This document shows positions 50,865 through 59,434 of a stretch of 64,000 nt of DNA, in pieces. Within the stretch, counting starts at the first letter, position 1; every line of letters starts with the position of its first letter. Source of the DNA: Eubacterium sp. CAG:248. GTDB taxonomy: Bacteria > Bacillota > Clostridia > Lachnospirales > Lachnospiraceae. The notes beneath the pieces are model-generated. The model worked only from the letters and a program-made list of their open reading frames with translations, was not told the DNA's origin and did no database searches. A program made the translations under genes and the position numbers. Where the stretch lies: contig FR886218.1 in the NCBI GenBank assembly GCA_000436475.1, forward strand, positions 10,938 through 74,937, given 5' to 3'.

Positions 50865-51761
50865 ATGGGTGATATAAGTCAGATAATAAGAATCCTCCCA
50901 AAAGATCTGGTATTGGGACTTGATCTAAACAGGCTGAGGTTTGATAAGATTAACGAAATAAGAATAAGGGTGGGACGTTACATAGCTCTTATATATGATA
51001 ATAAAGAGGTGATAAGCAGAATAAAAGCCAGTAAAGAACATATAAGAAAAATAATCGAACTAGCTGCTGATTATTCTGTATATGCATATGAACAAAGCTT
51101 CAGACAGGGCTATATTACAATAGAAGGTGGACATAGAATAGGAATAGCAGGACATGCAATAGTAGAAAACAATAATATAAGAAATTTTAATTATATAACA
51201 TTTCTGTGTATAAGAGTTGCACATCAGGTGCCAGGCTGCAGTGACAAGGTTATGGATTTTATATATGCAGGAGGATTGGAAAACACACTTATAATATCAC
51301 CTCCAGGATGCGGTAAGACAACATTGCTACGTGATGTTGTACGTAATATATCTGACAATGCAGAATTATCCATGAATATAAGTCTTATTGATGAAAGACA
51401 GGAGATAGCTGGCTGCTTTATGGGAGAGCCACAGAATGATATAGGCACAAGAACAGATGTTTTTGATGGATGCCCCAAAGATTCAGGCATGCTTATGGCT
51501 ATACGTGCCATGTCTCCGGAAATGATAGCTGTTGATGAAATAGGCAGTAAATATGATGCCCAGGCTATCAGATATTGTATCGCATGTGGCTGCATAATAA
51601 TAGGAACTGTACACGGATATTCAATAGAAGATGTCCTTAATAAGCCTTATGTAAGGGAGCTTATAGGAAAAGATGGTTTTAATAAAATAATAATAATGTC
51701 CAAAAGGCATGGAAAGGGGACAATAGAGAAATGTATAAACTATCGGGAGCAGTGCTTATAA
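50865..51761 (+). CDS. spoIIIAA: Stage III sporulation protein AA (ATPase).
   Basis: Colinear with B. subtilis SpoIIIAA (EIRIRVGR..., Walker A PPGCGKTTLLRD, DERQEIAGC, MSPEMIAVDEIG). Confidence 0.92.
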   Translation: MGDISQIIRILPKDLVLGLDLNRLRFDKINEIRIRVGRYIALIYDNKEVISRIKASKEHIRKIIELAADYSVYAYEQSFRQGYITIEGGHRIGIAGHAIVENNNIRNFNYITFLCIRVAHQVPGCSDKVMDFIYAGGLENTLIISPPGCGKTTLLRDVVRNISDNAELSMNISLIDERQEIAGCFMGEPQNDIGTRTDVFDGCPKDSGMLMAIRAMSPEMIAVDEIGSKYDAQAIRYCIACGCIIIGTVHGYSIEDVLNKPYVRELIGKDGFNKIIIMSKRHGKGTIEKCINYREQCL

Positions 51762-52258
51762 TTTCAATGACGACATATTATGGTTTTTATCTTGTCAGCC
51801 GGTTAAAAGAAAGAATAAATGTGATAGATGCATTTATATATTCCTTTGATTATATCAGGTCGCAGATAAGATATGGTCTGACCCCATTTCCTGTAATATG
51901 TCGGGAATTATCGCAGAACATAAATAATAATATAGTCAGCAGTACATACGAAAATATATACATAAAGCTGACTGATATAAGCAGGACAGGCGGTTCTTTT
52001 GATGAGATATGGCTGCTTGAAATGGACAAACTGCTAAAATCAGGATTTGCTAAAAAGGAAGAAATAGATGCTTTAAAAGAACTACGATGTATAAACATAT
52101 ATATAGATAAACAGATGCAGATAACATGTATAAATACTGTCAGTGATAAATTAAAAAATATATATTGCAGGCTGCAGCAGGAAGTGAGGGCTAAATCAAG
52201 GATATACCAGGTGTTGGGAGTTATGTCGGGTGTTATCATAGCTATTATTTTAATATGA
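51731..52258 (+). CDS. spoIIIAB: Stage III sporulation protein AB.
   Basis: N-terminal MYKLSGAVLIIS matches B. subtilis MLKLLGAVFIVV; size and position fit. Confidence 0.85.
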   Translation: MYKLSGAVLIISMTTYYGFYLVSRLKERINVIDAFIYSFDYIRSQIRYGLTPFPVICRELSQNINNNIVSSTYENIYIKLTDISRTGGSFDEIWLLEMDKLLKSGFAKKEEIDALKELRCINIYIDKQMQITCINTVSDKLKNIYCRLQQEVRAKSRIYQVLGVMSGVIIAIILI

Positions 52259-52299
52259 GCATAAAGTGAAATGATAATATATACAGGAAAGGCAGGTAT

Positions 52300-52494
52300 A
52301 TGAATACAGATATAATTTTTAAAATCGCTGCAGTAGGAGTAATTGTTTCAATTCTTAACCAGATATTAAAACATAGTGGCAGGGATGACCAGGCGTTTCT
52401 TACAAGCCTTGCCGGAATACTTATCGTACTTTATTGGGTAATACCTTATATTGTTGAATTGTTTTCGTCAATGCAGAAGCTGTTTGATATATAA
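52300..52494 (+). CDS. spoIIIAC: Stage III sporulation protein AC.
   Basis: 64-aa two-transmembrane protein at the conserved position. Confidence 0.85.
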   Translation: MNTDIIFKIAAVGVIVSILNQILKHSGRDDQAFLTSLAGILIVLYWVIPYIVELFSSMQKLFDI

Positions 52495-52523
52495 AGTCTG
52501 CGTAAGAAGGGATAGTGTAAATA

Positions 52524-52904
52524 ATGCTTCAGATATTAATAGTTGTTGTATGCGTTGTTATAAGCTGCTTTCTTATAAAAAAAGAAGCACCAGCATTTGT
52601 TTCTGTTATTGTACTTATAACGGGTGTATTTATTTCAATATATATGCTGCGGATTTTTTCTGTTATTACAGGCTATATAAATGTTCTTATTAACAATATA
52701 GATATAGAAAAGGGTTATATAAAGATTGTTATGAAGATAACTGGTTTATCAATAGCAACGCAGTTTGTTTCTGATATATGCAGGGATAACGGTTTTAATG
52801 CAATGGCATCGCAGCTTGAGCTGATGTGCAGAATATCAATAGTAATGCTTGGCATGCCTGTTATTATTGCACTTCTTGAAATGGTGAATAGATGTTTAAA
52901 ATAA
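52524..52904 (+). CDS. spoIIIAD: Stage III sporulation protein AD.
   Basis: 126-aa four-transmembrane protein similar to B. subtilis SpoIIIAD. Confidence 0.85.
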   Translation: MLQILIVVVCVVISCFLIKKEAPAFVSVIVLITGVFISIYMLRIFSVITGYINVLINNIDIEKGYIKIVMKITGLSIATQFVSDICRDNGFNAMASQLELMCRISIVMLGMPVIIALLEMVNRCLK

Positions 52905-54061
52905 AACGTATCTTATTTATGTGTATGATAGTGTTTGTACTGATATTGTTGTATGGGAGTGCTTTTATAAAGAATAAATCTCCTGCAGTATGCCATGCAG
53001 CGCAATGTCAGGATGAGGAAAATGTGATTTCTGATGATTATATAGTTTCTGATGATTATAAAGATATAGACAGGATTGTTAAGAGAGAAACTGGAATAAA
53101 TATTTCATATGGAAAAATAATGCAGTCTGTTCTGGATGATAAGGATAATTCCGGTTATGTAAAAAAGTTATTAATATATATATCTGATGTTATATATTCG
53201 GAAAAGAAAAACGTTGCACATGTGCTTGCATTATGCATAGCATCAGCACTTATAAGGTCTATGACACCGCTTTTTAATGAAAAGCAGCTTAAAGAAACAG
53301 CGGCAGGAGTAATAAGTATTTCGTTGATAACAATGCTTTTATCAGTCTTTATGGGTGCTTATAATCTTGCAAGAGATTCTGTTGAAGCATTGATTAATAT
53401 ATATAAATCTATATGCATGACATTTTTTCCTGCTGTTTGCGCAGCTGGACTTCCTATAAGTGCAGCTGGGTACTATCAGATAGTTATATGGATGATGACA
53501 GCTGCTGATATAGGCATAAAAAATATATTGATGAATGCCAATAGAATATATGTATGTGTGTCTTTATGTGACTGTATAGATTCAGAACCGCATTTTTTAA
53601 GATTATGTAACTGTATGCAAAAAGTAATAAAGTGGTGTGGATATACAATGCTTACTTTTTTTATGGGACTTAATGGGATAAAAAGTATACTTAATCCATT
53701 AAAAGATAATATAAATACGTCATATATTTATAAAGCAGTAAGTATAATACCAGGAATAGGAGATGCAGCCTCAGCATTATCACAGACAGTTATTGCTTCA
53801 TCTTCACTTATAAAGAATACAATGGGAATAGCGGCGGTTGTTGTGCTGACAGTATGTATGCTGTTTCCTGTTGTTAAGCTTGTTACATTATCATGTATAT
53901 TTCATGCAATAGCAGCAGTTATGGAACCGGTTGCTGATAAACGTATTATAAAGGCTGTAGCAGCATTAGGAACCGCTATAAGCAGTCTTACTTACCTTGT
54001 TGTTATAGCATTGGTTCTTTTTGTGCTGACAATAGTGATGATATGTGCAGTAACTAGCTGA
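52892..54061 (+). CDS. spoIIIAE: Stage III sporulation protein AE.
   Basis: Signal peptide plus a polytopic membrane domain, about 390 aa, at the conserved position. Confidence 0.85.
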   Translation: MFKIKRILFMCMIVFVLILLYGSAFIKNKSPAVCHAAQCQDEENVISDDYIVSDDYKDIDRIVKRETGINISYGKIMQSVLDDKDNSGYVKKLLIYISDVIYSEKKNVAHVLALCIASALIRSMTPLFNEKQLKETAAGVISISLITMLLSVFMGAYNLARDSVEALINIYKSICMTFFPAVCAAGLPISAAGYYQIVIWMMTAADIGIKNILMNANRIYVCVSLCDCIDSEPHFLRLCNCMQKVIKWCGYTMLTFFMGLNGIKSILNPLKDNINTSYIYKAVSIIPGIGDAASALSQTVIASSSLIKNTMGIAAVVVLTVCMLFPVVKLVTLSCIFHAIAAVMEPVADKRIIKAVAALGTAISSLTYLVVIALVLFVLTIVMICAVTS

Positions 54062-54100
54062 TTGTGAAATTATCGTATTTATAAAGGAGTTGAGGCAGCT

Positions 54101-54610
54101 ATAGAGGCAGTATATATATGGCTTAGGCAGGTAATAGTTTTTTATATAATATCAACATTGTTTGTTAATGCTGTTGCGTCTGATAAGTATAAAGAATATA
54201 TAAGAATAGTTACAAGGATGATACTGATTCTTATTATAATATCTCCATTAACAGGATTTTGGAGCAACGGAAGCTTTATTAAGAACAGGCTTTGGATGAT
54301 ATATAAAGATTATATGGAAATAAGTAAAAAAACATATGACATATCAGAAGGTTTTAGTTACACAATAGAAGATGCATTGTCGAAGACACTAGAACTAAAG
54401 GTCAAAGAAATATTAAATGATAATAATATAACTTATGACAGCATAAAAGTTAATATAAGCGGAAATGCCGGACTTAGCGGTAATGAAAGCCTGGCTGTAT
54501 CATCAGTGGTTATTAATGCAAAAAATATAAAAAAAACGGATATTGAAAATATCGGACATAAAATATCAGATGAAACAGGAATAGAATGCAGCAATATATA
54601 TATCAAATAA
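54101..54610 (+). CDS. spoIIIAF: Stage III sporulation protein AF. The ORF track starts at TTG 54158, but the conserved N-terminal transmembrane segment is encoded in frame upstream with no ATG/GTG/TTG. Start tentatively ATA 54101, or a frameshift.
   Basis: In-frame upstream translation ...EAVYIWLRQVIVFYIISTLFVNAVASDKYKEY... aligns with B. subtilis SpoIIIAF MSFLTEWLTTIVLFILFAIVIDMLLPSSSMQKYAKM. An AAAGGAG RBS sits at 54083-54089. Confidence 0.6.
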   Translation: MEAVYIWLRQVIVFYIISTLFVNAVASDKYKEYIRIVTRMILILIIISPLTGFWSNGSFIKNRLWMIYKDYMEISKKTYDISEGFSYTIEDALSKTLELKVKEILNDNNITYDSIKVNISGNAGLSGNESLAVSSVVINAKNIKKTDIENIGHKISDETGIECSNIYIK

Positions 54611-54680
54611 TGTGCTGGCAGGTGTGGCAGCATATTTTCAAAAGGGGTGTTAAAGTATAAAAGCTGATTATAAAAAAATA

Positions 54681-55214
54681 GTGAATAAATTCGGAACAGA
54701 TAAAATATTAATAGTAATACTAGCAGGTGTTTTGCTTATGGCTGCAGCATTTCCATCAGGCCATTCATCGGCTTCTAAGGAAAGTAGTACAACAGCCATT
54801 GAAAGTGAGAGCATGAGTACAGATATGTATGAGGAATACGTGGAAAAACGGCTTGAAAAGATACTTGCAGACGTCGATGGGGTTGGAAAAGTCAAGGTCA
54901 TGCTAAGCATCAGGAATTCAACAGAAAAAGTACTGGCAAAAGATGAAACCTATTCAGAGAGCGAAAAAAAAGAGGCTTCTGATGGGAGCAGCAATCAAAC
55001 AAATGATACACAAAATATAAGCACGCATATATTTTATGATACTTCTGATGGCAGCAGACCATATGTTGTTATGGAAAATATGCCTGTTATTGATGGCGCG
55101 ATTATTGTATGTGAAGGTGGTGATAACAAGGAACTTGTGAATGATATAACTAATGCGGTATATGGACTTTTGAATGTTCCAGTACATAAAATAAAAGTGA
55201 TGAAAATGTCATAG
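54681..55214 (+). CDS. spoIIIAG: Stage III sporulation protein AG.
   Basis: N-terminal transmembrane segment. C-terminal conserved VIDGAIIVCEGG motif (compare B. subtilis VEGVIVVAEGG). GTG start. Confidence 0.8.
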   Translation: MNKFGTDKILIVILAGVLLMAAAFPSGHSSASKESSTTAIESESMSTDMYEEYVEKRLEKILADVDGVGKVKVMLSIRNSTEKVLAKDETYSESEKKEASDGSSNQTNDTQNISTHIFYDTSDGSRPYVVMENMPVIDGAIIVCEGGDNKELVNDITNAVYGLLNVPVHKIKVMKMS

Positions 55215-55277
55215 ATAAATGCGTATATATGTACGCAGAAACAAAGATTCCGGTAAATTTTTAGTTGGAGGTTTATT

Positions 55278-55871
55278 GTGAAAAGAATAAAAAAGAATCA
55301 GGTTATAATAACCGCACTCGCAATAATGATAGCAGTCGCAGGATATATCAATTATGCTGGGAATATAACAGATATAATATCAGTTAGTGGAAGAGGCAGC
55401 ACAGGAAGCGTTGATACAGCTAGTGAAAGTAAAGACAGTGAAATACAGGTGCCAGATGAAGAGCCTGATGATGAAAGCATGCTTGAACCAGGGAGTGTTA
55501 TTCTTACATCGGGAGGTGTTGCATCAGGTGTTATATCAGAGGCAAAGCTAAACAGGGAGCAGATACGTGCAAAGAATACAGAAAATCTTACAAATATTGT
55601 AAATGATGCCAATCTTGACAAATCTTCTAAAACCGCTGCTGTTAATGAACTGGCTAAGATAGCTGATTATTCAGAAAAGGAAATGGCAATTGAAATACTG
55701 CTTGAAGCAAAAGGTTTTAATGATGTTGTTGCCTCTGTATCTGATACAGGCGTAGATATTGTTGTTAACAAACAGTCGCTTGAAACAAGTCAGAAGGCAC
55801 AGATTGAGGATATAGCAAAAAGAAAGACAGGAATGACTTCTGACAAGATAAATATAAATGTAATAAAATAA
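55278..55871 (+). CDS. spoIIIAH: Stage III sporulation protein AH.
   Basis: N-terminal transmembrane segment, YscJ/FliF-like C-terminal domain. GTG start 6 nt after GGAGG. Confidence 0.85.
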   Translation: MKRIKKNQVIITALAIMIAVAGYINYAGNITDIISVSGRGSTGSVDTASESKDSEIQVPDEEPDDESMLEPGSVILTSGGVASGVISEAKLNREQIRAKNTENLTNIVNDANLDKSSKTAAVNELAKIADYSEKEMAIEILLEAKGFNDVVASVSDTGVDIVVNKQSLETSQKAQIEDIAKRKTGMTSDKININVIK

Positions 55872-55956
55872 TGTGTGGATTTTACAATTCATATGATATT
55901 CTGCTGGTATAAAACAAGATTGTAAAAATATGGAATATTGAATGTGATTTAAGAAG

Positions 55957-55985
55957 TTGCATTTATTTATAATATTTATTATAAT
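55957..55985 (+). promoter_or_regulatory. Sigma-A-type promoter for asp23: TTGCAT, 17-nt spacer, TATAAT.
   Basis: Hexamers at 55957-55962 and 55980-55985. This coincides with the ORF-track start 55957, which argues for the downstream ATG 56025. Confidence 0.5.
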
Positions 55986-56024
55986 AGATGAAAAGATAAC
56001 GTTGATTGACAGTCAGGAGGATAT

Positions 56025-56412
56025 TATGACAAAAGAGTTTGAAGATAGAGGCAATACTTATACTATACATGAAAGCAAGGATATAGGAGAAGTAAGGGTG
56101 GCTGATGAAGTTGTTGCTATCATAGCTGGTCTTGCTGCGACAGAGGTAGATGGTGTTGAAAGCATGGCAGGTAACATAACTAATGAACTTGTAAGCAAGC
56201 TTGGAATGAAGAATCTTTCAAAAGGTGTTAAGGTTCATGTGGGAGAGCAGGATGTTGTTGTTAATCTTGCACTTAACATAAAATATGGCTGTGAGATACC
56301 TAAGGTATCAAGTGCAGTACAGGATAAGGTAAAGACAGCGATTGAAACTATGACAGGACTTAATGTGTCAGAGGTTAATATTAAGATTGCTGGTGTGAAT
56401 ATTGACAATTAA
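56025..56412 (+). CDS. Asp23/Gls24-family alkaline shock protein (YqhY-like).
   Basis: Asp23 core (ADEVVAIIAGLAATEVDGV..., VNIKIAGV). AGGAGG RBS before ATG 56025. Confidence 0.85.
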
Positions 56413-56427
56413 AGTACAGTGATATTT

Positions 56428-56458
56428 AAAAGACTGTCCTTTAAGGGCAGTCTTTTTA
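56428..56458 (+). terminator. Intrinsic terminator: aaagactg...cagtcttt stem plus T5.
   Basis: Inverted repeat 56429-56436 / 56448-56455, inner CC/GG pairs, followed by ttttt. Confidence 0.65.
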
Positions 56459-56517
56459 AAAATTTATTAAGAATATACAATTGATTTTGTGTCAGTTGTA
56501 TACAGAGAGGACTTATA

Positions 56518-56915
56518 TGACAAGATCAGATATGAGAGAACACACATTTAAGATATTATTCCGTGTGCCGTTCCATGACAAGAATGAATTAAGAGAACAG
56601 ATAGATTATTATTTTGATGAGTTTCCGGATGTTAAGGAAAAAGAATATGAATATATCAAAAAAAAGGCACTTCTTGTATCAGAGTTAAGCGATGACATTG
56701 ATGCAAAGATAAACGAGGTTTCGGAGGGCTGGCCGGTAGAAAGATTGGGAAAGGCTGAGCTTGCGATTATGCGACTTGCAGTTTATGAGATGCTATATGA
56801 TGAGGATATACCAGTTAATGTTGCTATTAACGAAGCAGTTGAACTTGCTAAGAAGTATGGTTCTGATGATAATGCTGCATCCTTTGTTAACGGGGTACTT
56901 GCTAAGCTTGTATAG
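56518..56915 (+). CDS. nusB: Transcription antitermination factor NusB.
   Basis: NusB fold motifs (REHTFKILF, WPVERLGKAELAIMRLAVYE). ATG 56518 after a GAGAGGA RBS. Confidence 0.88.
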
Positions 56916-57058
56916 CATGATACAATGAGCGCAAGAGAGCCAGAAAGCTGCTAGCAGATATCTGGCGAACGGCGAATGACAATTATGATAGCTGCGATAG
57001 CAGCGGAGAGTAGCGAAGCTACGAATCGTGATATAAGAATAAAGAAATGAGGATTAAT

Positions 57059-58261
57059 ATGGCACAGGTGTATAGTGTTAAACAGATTAATTCTTATATT
57101 AAGAATATGATGCGGCAGGATTTTCTGCTTAACCGCATACAGGTTAAGGGGGAAATATCTAACTGCAAATATACGGACAAGAATGGCTGCATATTTTTCA
57201 CACTTAAGGATGAAGATTCAACTATATCAGTTGTTATGTATGGTTCTGATGCGTATAAGCTTGACTTCAGACTGAAGGATGGCATGTCGGTAGTTGTTGA
57301 TGGCAGAATAGACGTATATGTAAATAGGGGTGAATACCAGTTATATGCAAAGACTGTATCACAAAGTGGTATGGGAGAACTGTTTAAGCAATACGAACAG
57401 TTGAAACAATACTATGAGGATATGGGATACTTTGCTCCTGAATATAAAAGAACTATTCCTAAATATGCTAAAAGAATAGGTATAGTAACAGCCAGAACAG
57501 GAGCAGCTATTAAAGATATAATAAAGAATGCTTATGAAAGAAATCCGTATGTTGAATTATACCTGTATTCAGTCCTTGTTCAGGGTAAAGATGCAAAGTA
57601 TAGCATAGCCAAAGGACTTAAGTATGTTGACAGTATGGGATATGACTGTATTATAGTCGGACGTGGCGGTGGCTCAATAGAGGATTTATGGGCTTTTAAT
57701 GAACCTGAAGTTATAGAAGCTGTTTTTAATTGCAAAACACCCGTCATATCAGCAGTAGGACATGAGATTGACTTTACAATAACAGATTTTGTGGCTGATT
57801 TCAGAGCTCCGACACCATCTGCTGCAGCTGTTAAGGCGGTTTTTGATATAAGACAGCTTGAAGTGGTTATTGATGGTTATAATGACAGACTTATGTATGA
57901 TATGGGTAAAACTATAACAGATTACAGGAATCGTTCCGAAAGGATGTTACTTTCTCTTAAAACTTTTAATCCACTTGTCAGACTCAATAATAAAAAGCAG
58001 CAGCTTATTCATATGAGAGAGAAGCTGGATGTTAGTATGCAAGGCACATTAAATAAAGCCAAGCACAGGCTTTTGCTTTTATCAGCAAGACTGGATGGTG
58101 TTAGTCCATTAAAAAAGCTTGAACAAGGATATGCTTTTGTTGAAAATGATAAAGAAGAACATATAAGTTCAATATCGGAGGTTAAACAAGCTGATGTACT
58201 ATCTATACATGTAAAGGATGGTATTATAAATACTGTGGTGAAAGATGTTAAAAAGTTTTAA
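57059..58261 (+). CDS. xseA: Exodeoxyribonuclease VII large subunit.
   Basis: N-terminal OB fold (IQVKGEISN) and catalytic core (GRGGGSIEDLWAFNEE). ATG 57059 after GAGGA. Confidence 0.9.
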   Translation: MAQVYSVKQINSYIKNMMRQDFLLNRIQVKGEISNCKYTDKNGCIFFTLKDEDSTISVVMYGSDAYKLDFRLKDGMSVVVDGRIDVYVNRGEYQLYAKTVSQSGMGELFKQYEQLKQYYEDMGYFAPEYKRTIPKYAKRIGIVTARTGAAIKDIIKNAYERNPYVELYLYSVLVQGKDAKYSIAKGLKYVDSMGYDCIIVGRGGGSIEDLWAFNEPEVIEAVFNCKTPVISAVGHEIDFTITDFVADFRAPTPSAAAVKAVFDIRQLEVVIDGYNDRLMYDMGKTITDYRNRSERMLLSLKTFNPLVRLNNKKQQLIHMREKLDVSMQGTLNKAKHRLLLLSARLDGVSPLKKLEQGYAFVENDKEEHISSISEVKQADVLSIHVKDGIINTVVKDVKKF

Positions 58262-58286
58262 TATATGAATATAGCGAGGTATTAAT

Positions 58287-58502
58287 ATGGCTAAGTCACC
58301 ATCAATTGAAGATACATTTGAAAAGCTTGATAATATTCTTAGTGAGATGGAAAGTGGAGAACTTACTATGAATGAATCATTTAAGAAGTACAAGGAAGGT
58401 ATAGAGCTTGTAAAAAAATGTAATTCCATGCTTGATAAGGTGGAAAAGGAAATGGTTATTCTAAATGATGATAACGATTCGGAGATGATAGAAAATGATT
58501 GA
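58287..58502 (+). CDS. xseB: Exodeoxyribonuclease VII small subunit.
   Basis: 71-aa helical protein (FEKLDNILSEMESGELTMNESFKKYKEG) directly after xseA. Confidence 0.88.
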   Translation: MAKSPSIEDTFEKLDNILSEMESGELTMNESFKKYKEGIELVKKCNSMLDKVEKEMVILNDDNDSEMIEND

Positions 58503-59415
58503 TTTTAAGAAAGAACTTTTAGAAAGAACAGCACGCATAGATAAGATTGTTAATTCATATCTTCCAGAGATAAGTGGCAGAGCAGAATATATTAAATCAG
58601 CCATGGATTATAGTGTACAGGCAGGTGGTAAAAGAATCCGCCCGATGATAATGCTTGAAACATACAGATTATGTGGTGGAACAGATGAAAAGTGTGTATA
58701 TCCTTTTATGGCAGCACTTGAAATGATACATACATATTCGCTTGTCCATGATGATCTTCCAGCTATGGATAACGATGATTACAGAAGAGGCAAGCTTACA
58801 ACACATAAAAAATATGGTGAGGATTTCGGGATACTTGCAGGAGATGGTCTTTTAAATCTTGCATATGAAACCATGTTTAACGCTATAAAGAATATTTCGT
58901 CAGATTATGCTGATATAGAAAATGCAAAAAAGATGGCACTATATTCACAGGCAGCAGCGGTTATAGCATCTAAGGCAGGTGTTGATGGAATGGTTGGAGG
59001 CCAGTCGCTTGATGTATATCTTACAGATAAGCCTATGGATAAAGAACAGCTTGATTATATATTCAGGTTAAAAACAGGCGCACTTATTGAAGCAGCATTT
59101 ATGGCAGGTGGGATTCTTGCCGGATGTGATGAAAAAACACAGGGATTATTATGTAAAGCTGGATATAATGTCGGGTTTGCTTTTCAGATCAAGGATGACA
59201 TCCTTGATGTTACAAGCACACAGGAAGTGTTAGGAAAGCCGGTTTTAAGTGATGAACGGAATAATAAAACGACTTATGTAACATTATATGGATTAGAAAA
59301 AGCAGAAAAAGATACTTATGACATGTCAAAAGAGGCGATGGGTATAATAAAGTCAATAGGACATAACGAGTATCTTGAGGAACTTATAAATATGCTTATA
59401 CACAGAAATAAGTAG
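58495..59415 (+). CDS. ispA: Farnesyl-diphosphate synthase / geranyltranstransferase.
   Basis: FARM LVHDDLPAMDNDDYRRG, second Asp-rich motif KDDILD; overlaps the xseB stop. Confidence 0.88.
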   Translation: MIDFKKELLERTARIDKIVNSYLPEISGRAEYIKSAMDYSVQAGGKRIRPMIMLETYRLCGGTDEKCVYPFMAALEMIHTYSLVHDDLPAMDNDDYRRGKLTTHKKYGEDFGILAGDGLLNLAYETMFNAIKNISSDYADIENAKKMALYSQAAAVIASKAGVDGMVGGQSLDVYLTDKPMDKEQLDYIFRLKTGALIEAAFMAGGILAGCDEKTQGLLCKAGYNVGFAFQIKDDILDVTSTQEVLGKPVLSDERNNKTTYVTLYGLEKAEKDTYDMSKEAMGIIKSIGHNEYLEELINMLIHRNK

Positions 59416-59434
59416 AAATGGTGAGAGGATATCT

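Noticed and set aside
52451-52693. 80-aa plus-strand ORF overlapping spoIIIAC/spoIIIAD in another frame.
   Set aside because: Cys/Tyr-rich junk frame. The conserved spoIIIAC and spoIIIAD frames account for the coding signal.
56920-57045. Possible tRNA or small RNA gene in the GC-richer nusB-xseA spacer.
   Set aside because: No acceptor-stem complementarity, no GTTCGAATC-type T-loop, and no anticodon-arm geometry could be found by eye.
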